The notes under the pieces: model-generated
Database searches by the model: none
What the model saw: the letters and a program-made list of their open reading frames with translations, nothing else
Told to the model about the DNA's origin: nothing
Position numbers and translations under genes: made by a program
Part shown: piece by piece, positions 16,634-31,342 of the stretch
Layout: every line of letters starts with the position of its first letter
How positions within the stretch are numbered: position 1 is the stretch's first letter
Assembly: GCA_964016885.1 (NCBI GenBank)
Contig: OZ024743.1
Location: 160,270,001-160,334,000, forward strand
Direction: 5' to 3'
Length of the DNA: 64,000 nt
DNA from: Eledone cirrhosa
Lineage: Eukaryota

Positions 16634-18527
16634 AATCTATTTCTAGTTGATATATATATATAGTCAATCAAAGTTCTTTTATCAGACACCTGTGACATCA
16701 TCAGCGGTACTATTATATTCCCTCCCGTTGTATTGTAATGTCTATTCTATTTATTATTTATATTTTCTTTCTTCTCTCTGTTTGCGCGCGCGTTTCTGTT
16801 TGTGTGTTTCCTGTTTGGTGTGTGTTCGTGTTTGAATGTATGTGTTTTTGTATTCTATCTTTGCTCACTAGTGTGTATTTCTGTGTGGTTGTTGTTATTG
16901 TACCTGTGTATATTTATTTATATGTATCTTAGGTCACTATTGTGTGTTTGTGTATGGTTGTTGTTGTTATTCCATTCATTTTTTCTGTCCATCTTCGGTT
17001 TTCTAAGTTCTATTTCAGTTGCTTCTCTAATTTGTCTACTTGTTGAGTCATTTCTATGTTTAGAAGCAACTTTATAAATACCTCAAATATATAAAATCAC
17101 ATGGTATATATGAGAGAATTTACATTAAAAGACGCTGAAAAAGATTTTCTAGGAATTTATTCAGACAGTATTTTATTCAGGCAGTATTTTATGTTTTTGT
17201 TTTCTATCAGACGATAAAAACAAGATATTTGCCATATGTTGTTTATGACATTCCCCATTAAACGATATGTGCCCCTATATCAGCGACGTAGGTGCAAAAA
17301 TGTGTAATAAAATTTGGAACATACATACATTTATGTCAATATATTATGAAGTGAGATAATAACGTCTGTAGTAAAATACAATTACTAAATAATTATGATG
17401 TTCAACGCTGTGTTGTTTAGTTTCAAGTAAACCTTGATTGAGTAAATTTATTATCAACAGGCTTCGGCAGTAGGCATCACAACATTTTGTATGATAAATT
17501 CTAGATTATCTAATATTTCCTTTCTTATATGACACAGTAAGTTTTCATTGGAAAGGGAAATTTTCCAAAATCCTGTAACTATTCAGAAGCTCCAGCGTGG
17601 GTTTGAATTTTTCAGTCGGGAAATACGAGCGCTAATTCTAGGCGTGCTTTAGCAATTTACCGAAATATTAGCAATCAATTCGCTAAATAAATATAGTAGA
17701 AAAATACAATTATGAATGGAAGGGAAGAAAATAATTTTAACATTAAATTAAGATAAATCTCCATTGTAAATATTTAAGTGGTAGGAAAATGATTACTTAC
17801 CCCTAGGGGCTTGTAGACGTCAGGTGGTTCAGCCCCCATCGTTGGTGGAGTTTTATTGGGAACCCTTTTGAAAACCTTACTCGAGGATTTTCCATTAGAA
17901 AGGGCCCCACGTTGTCGGGAAAGCTCTGCCTAATGTTTTTATGAGATTTTGTTGGCATCCGCACCATCCGAGTGTTTGGGGCACTTTGAAGCTGCAGGTG
18001 CCCAACATCTCTTTCTCTTTCTCAATACATTGACTTCGTGTTACACGGGCCATGAGATTTTTGTTCGCCCCTCTTAGTAACACGAAGTCGGGTGTATCTG
18101 TCGTTGTTGGTGTCTGCGCGTGTTTTCTTTTGTGTCACATGATTTGTGGTTGTGTCGGCGTTGTTGACGGTTGTGGCGTTGGTGTTGTAGGTATGTCTGT
18201 GTATACTGTGGGTGTGTTCTGTGTGCTTGTTAGTGTGTGTGGAGCTGAATTTTTCTTTTTTGTTTCATGTTTTCTTTTTTGTTTTATCTTCACTTGGAGA
18301 TGTGAAGGAACTGGTGTCTGGAGACTCTGTCTCATTGTGTAGTGGGAGTGTGTTTACTGGTTCGTGAGTTTTGCTCTGTGTGCGTGTGTGCGTATGTGTT
18401 TGAAAGAGAGGGGGAGAAATCGCTTGTTTGATCGACTCCGTTGGTGGTCTTAAATGTCCCTACTGGTGTTGTTGCTAGTGCTGTTGTTGCTGCCATTGCT
18501 TTGGAAAAAATCGGTCCTAACTGAGGG

Positions 18528-18615
18528 AGTCCCTTGATAAGATTGAAGCCTCATAGATAATGCAGCGATTACATATTTCCACAAAGTACGAACGAAACTA
18601 TCGACAGTCGGGACT
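18528..18615 (+). ncRNA. Degenerate hammerhead ribozyme
   Basis: agtccc TTGATAA ... GAAA CT-ATCGAC-AG TC gggact; perfect 6-bp stem I, core mutated. Confidence 0.55.
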
Positions 18616-18807
18616 AGAGGAATATTAGTAAACATTTATCTGCCTGTTCTTCAAACTTATATCTTAATAATTTTATATATATATATTTATATATTTATAT
18701 ATATACATACACATACACGCACATGTGCGCACTCCTACTTGCAAAGGGTAATAGATACACCTATACACATATATATATACACACACACGTACATTGGTAG
18801 TATATAC

Positions 18808-18838
<31 letters not shown>

Positions 18839-18964
18839 TATATACATATATATACATATATACACATATACATGTATACATATACCCATCCATGTATACA
18901 TATATATATGTGTGTGTGTGTTTGCGCGTGTGTTTGTGTGTGTATATGTGTGTGTGTATGCGTA

Positions 18965-20000
18965 AACGCATACTTATGATTGCATGAAATAATTAGTTCA
19001 TGTTTCTTATTTAGTAAATTAACCTTAGATTTCATGATTTGGAACAGTTCCTGAGAACATGGGCACTCCCTTCTTTCGCCTTGATACGAGTTAGTTTTCT
19101 TCAGAACATTCTATTTTAGATTGCATGCTATATTTTTCATTTTAAATTTGTCAATAGTTTCTGCTAGTGAGGTGGTGTTAGCTAATTTAGCATTTTTAAA
19201 AGAATGGGTATGACAATAGAAACTTTTCTTAAATTAATTAGAGGTAGAACCTATGTAAGATTGTGTACTGTCTTTAGTAATTACTTTACATTTATATACA
19301 CTACTGCTAATTAAGCAATTGCCTGTAAGGAGACAATTAGCCTTAATTCTACAGTTGTATCTGTTTGTCTGGGATGTGTTATATAATCTAAGATTATAAT
19401 TTATGTTATTACAATATTTATATTATTATCATTAATGGTATTATTGCAAGTATTGGTCTACTTTGTTCGTAATGCGACTAATTGACGATGTTATTATGGA
19501 TACAGGTTTGTTTGCATTAGAGTAGTTGGTGTTGGGCTGGTTGCAGTTGTACTGTCAATGATATGACCATTTGAGGAGGTTATTTTAGCTTGATGAGTGT
19601 TGGATTCTTTATTTATTGACCTAAGTTAGCGGGTATTGTGCTGGTTATGGGTGTGTACTTTGTATTATTAGATGCGTTTTGGTTTACATTCTGAGTAAGA
19701 TTTGGAGTAAGACCAGTTCCGCCTATTTGTGCGGGTGATTTATGGGTGCATTACCACTATCCGACGTTTATAGAAATTCCTTGCACTTATTTTATGCTGC
19801 AGATTATTTGATGTTGAGTAAACGTGTTTAACGGTAAAACAGTTAAGGATCCAGTGATATTTATGGTTAGGTTGGAAGTGCTTATCTAAGATTGCAAAGA
19901 ATTTGTTTAGGTAGTTGTCTCTTAGTTTGTATGTTGAAAGGTGCATTATATCGTGTGAATTTTCTTTTACGATTCCTATTTTTAGTTTTAGTTTTATTTT
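18965..20000 (-). mobile_element. Penelope-like remnant (thumb/linker + GIY-YIG)
   Basis: YNAPFN...FFAILDKHFQPNHKYHWILNCFTVKHVYS and CLLTGNCLISSVVYKCKV...YIGSTSN...TSLA...LLNKKHELIISCNHK; stops present. Confidence 0.8.
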
Positions 20001-20541
20001 GATGGCTATTCTTAATGTGATGAGTATTGTTGGTATAATTACAGGAGTTGGAGAGAATATTATATCTATTATTAGTGTTTATATGGTGTAGAATAGGTTT
20101 GTGATTGGTATTTTCATGTGATTTAGGCACATTATATTGTTGTCAATCTGTGTCGGTGTCACTGGATATAATGGCATTCTTTTGCAGTTTGAACACTCTA
20201 TTATCAGAAATATTGGTAGATCTTTGGTCGGAAAGGTTAGCAGAGCAGGTGGAGGTATTTGTCTAGGTGCGGCTAAATCAGCTACTGCAGAATCTTCGTT
20301 TACAGAAATAGGTGGTTGTACATTTATAGGAGGTTTTTTATTTAAATTATCCATTCCCCTAGTTGAGTTTTTAGCGCAAACATTGTTATAAGTGTTGTAG
20401 TTCGGTGCTAAAATATTAGGAGGACTGTAACTTGAGCCGAATCCATCCAGCCCATGGGGTTGCCATAGAAATCACCGTAAGAAGTTCTGAAAAATTTATA
20501 TTCATTCTCTCTCTTTCTCTCTCTCTCTCGCTCTCTCGCTA

Positions 20542-20581
<40 letters not shown>

Positions 20582-20667
20582 CGTGTGTGTGCGTGTGTGT
20601 GTGCGTGCGCGTGTGCATATATATATATATACATATGTACACACACAGACACACACACACGCACGCA

Positions 20668-20773
<106 letters not shown>

Positions 20774-22604
20774 CTTAGCTTGAAACAGATAATTTTATAC
20801 ATTGAGATGGCCATGCTTCCGATAAAAATAACACATACACCAGTTGAGATTCATTTCAATTTATTATTATTAGCCAAGTAACTAATTTTCCTTTCGTTAA
20901 TTAACGGGATGGTTGATTAAATGCTAATTGTCAAACGTTTAACGTCCCACATTCCGTAACCTGTTCAGTGTCTACTTTTGTTAGTTTGTGTCCTGATGTT
21001 GTTCTGTTTTACACCATCTTGTCTTTATGAGCTGTGTTCCTCCACTGCGCAGGCGTTTGTCCCTGTGCATCTCTGTGTTCCTGCTTCTACTAGCTTTTGG
21101 TTTTAAGCTCTGTGTGTGTCATAATATATCTTTTGTTCTATATGTTTTTGTTTATATATATGTGTGTGTGTATGATTGTGGCTTGGGTGAGGGCGTGTGT
21201 TTGTGCATGATATTAGTTTTGTTCTCGTGTATCTTTATATTGTCCTTCGTCACTATTTGTGAAGTAGGTAGCATTTCATTCTTGCTTTCTATTTAAGTAT
21301 GGTCGGAGTTCATTTATATTTTTTGTTTCTGTAATATGCAGAAGCATTGCATCTGTTTGATGGTAGATATAGTTTTTATAGCGATATTCTTTATTTAGCC
21401 CCCATGTTCTATTCTGATATTGTGGTAAAGGACTGATGGGTTTTACTCGTCTTGGAGTTCTCACCAGTTTTCTCTCATCCTTTCTTCTATGCTATAAGCG
21501 TTCTTACCTGTATATTTTGTATTCCTATTCTTACACGGTCCCTCTGGGCACCTCAGGCTATAAACTAGGCTTTCAGTGTTATAGTTAATCCATGGCCTTA
21601 TTCTTCAGACTATGCATTTTCTATCAATGCATTACATTTTCTTAAACGTCCGTTCTGCTGATCAGGACCTTTTAGAGAATACATATTTTTTCTACTATTT
21701 AAATGTTTAATTTAAGTTTATCTAAATTCTTCTATATATATATGCTAATTTGCTTCTAGGAGTAGCATTGACGAACATTTCACTGTGGTACTTGTTGATG
21801 TCATACCATGAGTATATTTATATATTTTCATCTTAACTCTCTCTATCCTATTTCAAAATTTGCTGCTATACATGAGGGCATGTCCCATTAGCATCATTTT
21901 CTAAGATATTCACCCATTGAGCCCAGGCTCCTCCCGTTTATGACTCTCCGATTGTAACCAATGAACTGCACGCAGTGGATGAAATGTTGCATGTGCATCG
22001 AATTCTTTAGGATCGCACATGCGGGACACATTCTTCATCATTAAGTCCGTAATCGGTATGTTGAACATTACATTATCTGAAACGACTCAGTTCCAGTGGA
22101 TCAGGTACTTGCAGGCCATAGATTTCGCCTAATGTAAATAGAAGAGATGTGTTTTCTTATCAATAGTTTCTAACCAGAGTTCTGTGTCTAGAACAGGTAA
22201 TTATTTTGGGGGATGTTTGCGTGGGTAGTCTATGATAACTTTAATACTCTGGTGGAGGGAGTAAGCTATTTGCTGAATGCTTTCCATGGTGATTATTTAT
22301 AATTCTTGACAGTTCTCTTCTGGCAAAGATTTAACTGCAATATCCATGACGTGTACGTAAGATACAAATGCCTGGAAGGCACATGTGCACAGACAGAAAC
22401 GCATTCGGTGTATATGCGTAAAGCCAAGATGATGTGAAACAAAAGAAAGACGTGACGCAAAGTAACGAAATTAGTCACTGAAAACGTCACGAACGTGAAA
22501 AAACAAAGCTTTAACAATTAATAACTAAACAACCATCGTCTTCCTTTTATTGGCAGCATGGCCCTCACAAAGTATAAGAATATAACAATATATATATTTA
22601 TATT

Positions 22605-22811
22605 TAGGAACGAGTAGGACCCCGACGGCTGAGCTCAAGCCGTTTCGACGGCTAATTTTTTTTTTTTTTTTAGTCCAGAATTAGCCGTGGAAACGGCTTG
22701 AGCTCAGCCGTCGGGGTCCTACTCGTTCCTATTACCCACTCTACTACCCTAAGTATTGAGTACTTTGGTGCGTTATGTTCCACCTGGTTCCTTACCACAT
22801 TTCCTCCGTTA
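22605..22811 (+). mobile_element. Fold-back hairpin element with a half hammerhead, copy 1
   Basis: ~54-bp inverted arms at 22605-22731 containing GAAA-stem III-TC; homologous to 36006-36200; TA-rich flanks. Confidence 0.8.
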
Positions 22812-22828
22812 TATATATATATATATAT

Positions 22829-25800
22829 TGTGGGGTTAGCGTGCCGGAAGTGCAGGGGAAGTCTCGGTGAAAACGAGAGAGCAGTGACGTCTCGTCAGGG
22901 TTTACGCGCCTCTCGCTTCCTCTTTCGTCAGGACGCAGTTCAATGTGGATGTGATATGATTGTGTGCGAGAGACTCTTTGTATTTTATTGGCCGGGTGTA
23001 AGACACCTGGACATCCATGCAAAGACATTCAGTCCGGGCTCCAATGGAGACGCGCGGTAGCTCTATTCGCTTATTCACCAAAAGCTATTTTAGGCACCCC
23101 TCAGGTATCTGGTCCGCACATGGCAAGGGATTGCAGGTAGCCAAATCCCGATATAATTTGCAATCGATGTAAGAGGGCAGGCCATATTGCTAACAATTGC
23201 TACTAGGGAAACGGTCAAAAGAGATTTACTGCGAGGAGTGGCAGCCGCTTCCCATAGTGAAATTTTTGATGGGGAGAGCTATCGTGAACTGTCGTGCCCA
23301 CGGGCTGTACAACGACATTGGTGACTGCGGAGGTGGTTAGAAAGTGGAGCGGGATGAGTAGTGTGAGGGCAGTCGATGATATGGAGATTAGATGCGGAGG
23401 TAGCAGCGAGGTGGAGATGGCAGTACGAGTAAGGAAAACAAGGCTGCAGACGATCGTGATCAACCACTTTGACGTTGGAATTGATGTGGTAATGGGCATG
23501 GAAGCGATTGACTGCTTAGAAGGCAGTGAGTAAGGTCGTGGTAATATTTGGTAGTGCGGGAACAGCATGCGCTGTGTGCAACAAGGGAGAACAGGGAGAT
23601 CCATGAAGAAAACTTTACCATAACAGACAAGGATTCAAGGCTGTGTTCGATGGTAAGCGGTGGATAGTTGAGTGTGACTGGAAGGTAAAGCCTCCAACGT
23701 TGAAGCACAATGTGAGCTCCTATCACCAGATCTTGAGATGGGATGCTAGAAGCAACCAACGAAGAACAAAGTCAGACTTGTACTGGACTTTGGTGAACTG
23801 GATGAACACATGTCAAGCCACACAGACGGTGAATTCACAGATGTTTTGGGGAAACCTTGCGAGAGTAGAGACAAATGACGGGATCCTCCATGACTGTCGT
23901 ATTAATGTCGGCACATATGCAGCACGTAGGTGAAAAACTGTGGAAGCATCAGCTGTTCAAGTATAACGACCAGACATACTGCATGACCAAGCTGAGTTTC
24001 GGGTTGTATTTGGCACCAAAGACCATAGTGACGGTTCTCAGGGTCATTCTGTAGAAAGTAGACAAGGTGAAGAGAGCTACCAATTCCAACATCGGTGATA
24101 TCTTGTTAGCTGATACCATGGTATCGGCAGCAGACGTCTCAAGTCATCTAGGAAGGTTAGGGCTAATAGCGAAAACCATCAGAGGCGATGGAAGGAGGAG
24201 CTGCACTGGGACTTAAGCTACGAAGTGACAAGACAGGCACACAGTTATTTCGAAGAAGAAATGAAGTATCAGAACTGGGCACCGACATGGACAGAGGATG
24301 ATTTTTTCCATGTGTGGGAAACTGGTAGGACACTATCCAATCGTATGATGGCTCCGACCAGGATGTGGGGAGTTGGGAGATAAGGTAGGAGAGAGGACGG
24401 TGGTCATTATGTGGGAGATCGGGGAGAGCGTACAGGTGGATGACCCAGTAAGTTCAAGCTGGTACCTCCCCAAATCGGAGAACGGGACCGTATGGTGTGA
24501 TGCGAGTAGCCTAGCGCTAAGGGTCGCTCTGGAAATTGGGGGTATCGAGGTCAAGGACGCATCCTGGCTAAATAGGGAGGAAGTAACCATATGAACGTGG
24601 CCGAATTGGACACTACGTTCAGGGGAGTGACTCTCTCCCTGAGGTGGCGGCTGCGTACTGTAGAGATTCCCATTTATTCGGCCACTGTACTTGAATTGTG
24701 CTCACCAGTGAGCGGAGGGTGCAAAAGATAGAGGAGACAGAAAAGTTAATAAAGCGTCGCCTGGGAACTCTGAAGGGGGTTGGCTGATAGTTCACCCTGA
24801 CTTTAAGTGTTGACTTTGTGCCCTCGGAGAAAAGAAAGGGCGGATACCTTAACCAGGGCGAAGAAAGCCGGACTGGTAGCGCTAGAGGATGCGTTAAAAG
24901 GGATAGCTGCTGTATGTCGGCTGAGTGACTCGGAGTTGAGGATGTTGCATACTATGCAGCATATGGGAGTGGAGAGGACCCTGTTCCTAACCAGGAAAGT
25001 TGACTCCTGCGTTACCAGACAATGTTCAGAAAGAGATCGGGAATAGATGCCAGTTATCGACCCCATCCTAGGCGTGCATGAAACAGGTAACATCCCAGTG
25101 GAGCACAACTGGAAGAGATTGGCAGTGGATGTGACACTTGATGGTCGATTGGGAACAGGGGCGGATGGCAGTATGAAGAAGGGGACTGCGAAGGAAATCG
25201 AACGGACGCTGAAAGAGATATGCCTGGAGCGGAGCTATGTGGATGAACTGTTGATGGATAGTAGGACGGCGTTTAGCTTGCAGGTGCAGAAGGAGATGCC
25301 TGACGGGTGGAATATGAGTCACTTCTTCAGAGCGGTGTACAGACCGAGTTGAAATCGGATCGTGGACAATACCATCACACGATGAAGGTCATGGCAGAAA
25401 TGGGACACATTTCAACAAAGAAGGCTGTGTTCTGGTACAACACGTCACATTGAGTGAGATAGGCAGAGGAGTCGGTGCCACATAAAGCGATATATAGATA
25501 TTAAAAGTGACATCCATGCACAATAACCTCTGGAGGAGAAGGAGAATGCATTTACACAAGTGGGCGAAGATGTTTGGTTCAAGAACCCTGAATGCGCGTT
25601 GCACATCTCAAAAGTGAAAAGGAACGGTAATCGTTGTAAATGTTTGAAACAACGGGTCAGTGTACGGAATTGCGCGTTACGTCTTGGATGTCCGTAGAAT
25701 AGTTGATTTGATAGACTTCAGAGAAAAGAAGAAAGAAAGTACTGCTCCAACTGTATGGAGATCGCAACGGGAACGCCGACCAACCAGGTGAATGACGGAC

Positions 25801-26130
25801 TTTGACAGGGAGTAACATGATGGTGTGATTGATCCTTGGGAGCAGGAGGAGAGGTGTTGAGCTAGGGTGCCAGAAGTGCAGGGAAGGTCTTGCCGCAAGC
25901 GAGTGAGCAGCGACGTCACATCAGGGTCACGCGCTTGTTGCTTCCTATTTCATGAGGAAGCAGTTCGTTGTGGATGTTGTATGATTGTGTGCGAGAGACA
26001 CTCAGTATTTTCTTGGCCGAACGTAAGGCACGTGGACATCTACGCAGCGACCTTCAAGCCGGACTCAAGTGGTGACTCAAGATAGGTCCATTTGTACGTT
26101 TTCTAAATAACATTTATTAGTAACCACACA
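22829..26130 (+). mobile_element. Old Gypsy-like LTR retrotransposon with both LTRs
   Basis: TG...CA LTRs at 22829-23103 and 25855-26130, clearly homologous but diverged; polypurine tract before the 3' LTR; decayed protease, RT, RNase H (VWCDASSLAL) and integrase (HMGVERTLFL, WKRLAVDVT, AVYRPS). Confidence 0.88.
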
Positions 26131-26266
26131 GAGCTTTTGTCACTTTTTAATTCATATTAATTTATTCCTGTGACATCCGTTCTCTCCCCTCTATTCTACC
26201 TATCTCGCTTGTTGTAGTTAATTCAGCCTTGAAACTTAAGTTAATTTGGATTAACTCTTTTCCTTC

Positions 26267-26312
<46 letters not shown>

Positions 26313-26593
26313 ACTCATTTAATCTCTTTCTCTCTTACACTATATCTCCTACCCCCCACTCTCTTCTCCCTTACCACTCCCCTACTCACTTCCGTTTTCC
26401 TTCGTCGCTTCCTCTTTGCGCCGATGCTACCTATGATCAGATGTTTTTACCTCTCTCTCCCTCGTACTGTTAGTAGGTGTTCAGGACCTATGTTCGGTCC
26501 CTGTATTAACTTCCCTCTCCCTCTTGCCCCCCGGTTACTGCAACGGTCGAGAATATATAGTTTTCAACTCCTACAGTCGCAAGTGTGGGAGGG

Positions 26594-26637
26594 ATCGACC
26601 TGATGAGAACCAGTTAAGTCCGAAATGCATCGACGAT
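26594..26637 (+). ncRNA. Minimal hammerhead ribozyme
   Basis: atcgac CTGATGA gaac-cagttaa-gtcc GAAA TGCA TC gacgat; palindromic stem III; one mismatch each in stems I and II. Confidence 0.7.
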
Positions 26638-26855
26638 TGTCCCCCTTGCTCCTACTGGACACCACCAGAGGGTGATAATAGCAACTGAGCTTTTTGCATA
26701 GCTACGGTTTTCTAAATGTTTACCTGTAAACATACCGTGTTTCTTTAGAAATACGAAATTTCTATAGATATCTGTAGACAGCAATGCCTGAAGCTAAATC
26801 CTATCTCTATTTTATTATAAGTATTACCGTGTTTCTTTAGAAATACGAAATATAT

Positions 26856-26886
<31 letters not shown>

Positions 26887-27149
26887 TAAATGTGTGTGTG
26901 TGTGTGTGTCAATATGAAGAATTGTGATGGGATAAAGTTGCCCAGGCCTGCTGCTAGCCATCACGTACACGGACTAGTTGGAGCGTACAGCGCTCACCAT
27001 GTTTCTTCTTCTCCAGGTATGTTGATGATATCCTGATGCTCACTTCAGTGCGTGAAGAAGTCAGCATCATTTACAGCGTCTTCTAAAACGTAGATGAACA
27101 AGTAAACTTTGAAAGTGAGCACTAGGATATCACTGGATTCCTATCTTTA

Positions 27150-27900
27150 CTCAACTTCACAATAGATATCACAGGTAAGGGATCCGAATTGTACAGGCAA
27201 GATGTCTGCAGAGACATTTTTTACACCACGATGTTGCCCTTTCCCACAGAGCCAAAATGGCTTATTTACGGATCGTGATCTCCTGGATATCCAACAGATG
27301 CAGCAATGGTAAGTGACAAATGTACCAGCTCGGAGGAACTCCAAAGAGTTCTCACCGAGAACGGCTATCCAGCTTCTCTCAGGAAACGACGAGAATCAAA
27401 GTCACCATCTGAAAGATAAAGCAGGACACGTGCCCCTAGGAATAACATATGCAATCTAACCTTATCGCATTTCAATTAGAAGATGAGTGCTGACACTCAA
27501 CAAGCCATTTGAGGGATGGCCTAAACATACAGCTGGCACACTCGGGAACTTCCTTGAAGTGACTACTCTTCAAAAAGTCCTAACTACCCCATCAACAACA
27601 TAGAAGTGTGCATGGGAGCGTATGTATTTTTGAAGGTCAACCGTAGACAATGCAGCTCCTCGTACATCAAGAGTACCATCCGGATGCTGCACATGCAGAT
27701 CAGGGAGCAAACGATAATGAGAGCGTCGTCTCTTAAGAAAAACGTTGACAAATGCTGCAACGGAGACATTGAGCTCAGCAAAGAAGCGACGAAAGGGAAT
27801 TTTGGAATTTAAAAATAAAAGAGACTTTAATCATGAACGCACAGAAACCAAAAATAAACGATAGATCAGAACTACATGCAGTGTGTCTTCTATGATTGCT
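27150..27900 (+). mobile_element. Penelope-like remnant
   Basis: LTENGYP thumb-like motif and degenerate GIY-YIG 'YVFLKVNRRQCSSSYIKSTIRMLHMQIREQ'. Confidence 0.7.
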
Positions 27901-28730
27901 CCATGCATGATCAATCCACATACTTGGTCTAGTTAAGGAACAACAAATCGTTCGCTTTTGTTTTGCATTTGAAAAGAAGGTACTAACCCTGAAATAGTAC
28001 TAGGTAAAATATACTAGGTAAAAACATTAATTTCTTTTATTTTATTTGTCATACTTTACCCTTTATATATTTCTATCACATTGAACCGGCTTTCTTAAGT
28101 ACTTACCAATCATTTATTACATATCACACAATTCTACTATACTACTTTATATATATATATAAGTATATATATATGTAGGCATGTTCGCACGTATATATGT
28201 ATGTATATACGAATGCATGAAAGCATGCATGCATGTATGTATTTTAGCAATATCCGTAGGTGTGAAAGTAAAAAAAGAGTGCCATATCGGGAAGTGAGCT
28301 GAAATATATTTATTTACGTTCATACGCAGAACAAAAGCGCTACCCAAGGTAGGTCTAATTTTGACCATGTCTTCAGAATACAAGAGGGATTAAAATTGTG
28401 ACCTATCCTCAGGCGCTTATACAAGTTTATAAGTAATAGTTTACGTGTTCGTATGCTATAGGAAGATTTCTGTATCATATGATGGAATAATATAGAGATT
28501 GTAATATTTATCAAGGTATGGAGTACAGTAGTATAGAAGGTGTATTGTAATATGTAAGTGTGGATATAGAAAGATAAAGAAAAGAGAAAGCGGGTGTATA
28601 TAAATCAAATTAAATTGGTTGAAAATCCGTCGAATTTGTTGAGTATTTCCAATTAGTAAGCAGTTGGTATTTGAGATGGAGGTATCCTCTAACAATTTCG
28701 CTTCATATAGGACCACCAATATTAAATCTG

Positions 28731-28814
28731 ATATCTGAAGATGTGCCGATTAAGAATCGGGACCCGATCGACTGATGAAACCCGAGCTGATCGACCACAA
28801 AACAGTTGTAATAT
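28731..28814 (+). ncRNA. Degenerate hammerhead with long stem II
   Basis: atat CTGAAGA tgtgccgatt...gatcgaccac AAAA CAGTTG TA atat; GAAA mutated. Confidence 0.55.
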
Positions 28815-29027
28815 GCAATAAACTTTCATAACAAGCTGCAAATCTGACTTCTTATTGTCACACACAAACTCCCTCTCTCCCTCTCTCCCTCTCCCCCTTT
28901 CTCTCTCTCTCTCTCTCTACATATATATATATATATATAGTAATAATAATAAATTTGAAGACTAAAATCCAAAGAGGGTTCGATAAGGATAAATATATAT
29001 CAAATATATATAAGAACCGTAGAGCAA

Positions 29028-29200
29028 ATATTTATTAAAATAACAGATTAAAGTTTAAGCAAAGAATCGCTGCTTTCACCCTTAACGGGATCTTCTGAAA
29101 CTCAATTGTATTCACCCTTAATTGGATCTTCTGAGTTTCAGAAGATCCTATTAAGGGTGAAAGCAGCGATTCTTTGTTTAAACTTTAATCTGTTATTTTA

Positions 29201-29208
<8 letters not shown>
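29028..29208. repeat. Inverted repeat (~76-bp arms) in a (TA)n-flanked element
   Basis: 29028-29104 is the near-perfect reverse complement of 29132-29208; the spacer holds a partial third copy. Confidence 0.9.
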
Positions 29209-29275
<67 letters not shown>

Positions 29276-29762
29276 CTATATGAACACACTCACACATACC
29301 CACACATATACACATACACATGCACACACATATACACAAATTATAAAGTTACATATATAAAGTCAGGTACATACATCTAGATCCATAAAATCGTACACAA
29401 ACACATAAATAGTCATATATTCTCCCACATATGCGAAATACATGGCAGCTTATGTGCAAGCAGAACTAGAATATTTTCTGCTAATGGTTTCAGGGAGTTA
29501 GATAGCATTCTGTGATTCCAGCAGTACTTTATTATTAGGAAGAAATGAAATACAAACACACAAAAAATGTAACTGGCAGCATCACTCTTCAAAGGATTAC
29601 TGGTTTTCAATTTCTCTCAGAACTTTGTGTCACCTACAAAGATAATAACAATACATTTTAGTGTATATATATATATATATATATATACGAATATATACGA
29701 ATAAGTGTGAGTAATATGTGCATATGAACACACACTCACTCACACACACACATACGCACACA

Positions 29763-29795
<33 letters not shown>

Positions 29796-29807
29796 TCGCA
29801 CATATAT

Positions 29808-29891
<84 letters not shown>

Positions 29892-29904
29892 TATATAGAG
29901 AGAG

Positions 29905-30592
29905 AATAGAATGAAACGAAATTTCATTTCTCACTCTTAGTACGGCACTTACTTAAATCTAAGTATGTATGTATGTATACGTACATACATATATGTATAC
30001 TGACGTACAATAGTATGTATATATATATAAATATTCGGTAAACCTATACGTGCATATATATATATGTGCATGTGTGTATATATATATACATACTACTGTA
30101 CGTCAGTATACATATATGTATGTACGTATACATACATACATACTTAGATTTAAGTAAGTGCCGTACTAAGAGTGAGAAATGAAATTTCGTTTCATTCTAT
30201 TCCATTTATCGTTTTCGGTGTGCCCGGCCGACTGAACTCACTCGATATGCAAATTAGGCTGCTCAGCCGTTAATATGCATAAGGAAAGTATATACTTTCA
30301 GGCGTTCAACCATCTGGCAGGAAGGTATACGATGCTGACGATAGCTAATAAGCTTGAAACTAGTACATCGTTCCTGTGTCAGTGTTGAACAAAAAGGTAA
30401 CGTGGTTGCCTAAACACTGTACGGCGTAATTCGGGCTGTTTGTTTGTTTACAAACAAACAAACCGAGCATTATAATAAATATTCGGTAAACCGATACGTG
30501 GATATATATATATATGTGTGCATGTATGTATATATATACATACGACTGTATGTCTGTATACATATATGTATGTACGTATACATAAATACATA

Positions 30593-30600
<8 letters not shown>
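29905..30600 (+). mobile_element. Hammerhead-containing non-coding retroelement, copy B
   Basis: ~120-bp inverted arms (29905-30027 / 30080-30201); terminal redundancy in a different segment than copy A; (TA)n flanks. Confidence 0.78.
30330..30370 (+). ncRNA. Minimal type-I hammerhead ribozyme, intact core
   Basis: cgatg CTGACGA tagct-aata-agctt GAAA CTAG TA catcg; perfect stem I, palindromic stem III, GUA cleavage triplet. Confidence 0.85.
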
Positions 30601-30646
<46 letters not shown>

Positions 30647-30797
30647 AAAAATTAAAAGGCTAGTGTTTTATTTACAAATCACGTGCCATAGAGAAAAACA
30701 AAAACACCGTTTGAAAATTGCATCTCTAATGAATAAGTACACCCCACTGCCGTATTGCGAAAATGTTGTTGTTGTAATTTCAAAAGTATATATACAT

Positions 30798-30882
<85 letters not shown>

Positions 30883-31077
30883 ACTAATGAATAGTTGTTT
30901 CGCTCTATATGGCTGAAAATGTTTTGAAAATTAATAATAATATTCGATTCGTTTGCAATTATGCAAACAGCCACTTAAGCCATGTGAGTAGAACAACCCT
31001 GTCTTTTTTGCTCATGTGTTGATGTGTTGCCATTTAAACAGAATTGCAGACACTAATTTCCGAAATTATGCTGCAAC

Positions 31078-31182
<105 letters not shown>

Positions 31183-31342
31183 TGTGTGTGTGTGTGTGTG
31201 AGTGTGCGTGGGTGAGTGTATGAGTATAAATATCTTTCGGTGTGTGTGTGTTTATGTGTGTGGCTTCTATCGCCGTGTTATGGCATGATCGATGACTTGA
31301 CCAATATATCCTGGCATTTCGTTCCAAATCAATAGGATTTCA

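Noticed and set aside
17461-17535. Plus-strand aquaporin exon-2-like segment (ag|ASAVGITTFCMINSRLSNISFLI*)
   Set aside because: Weak similarity, in-frame stop and no GQVSG-like end
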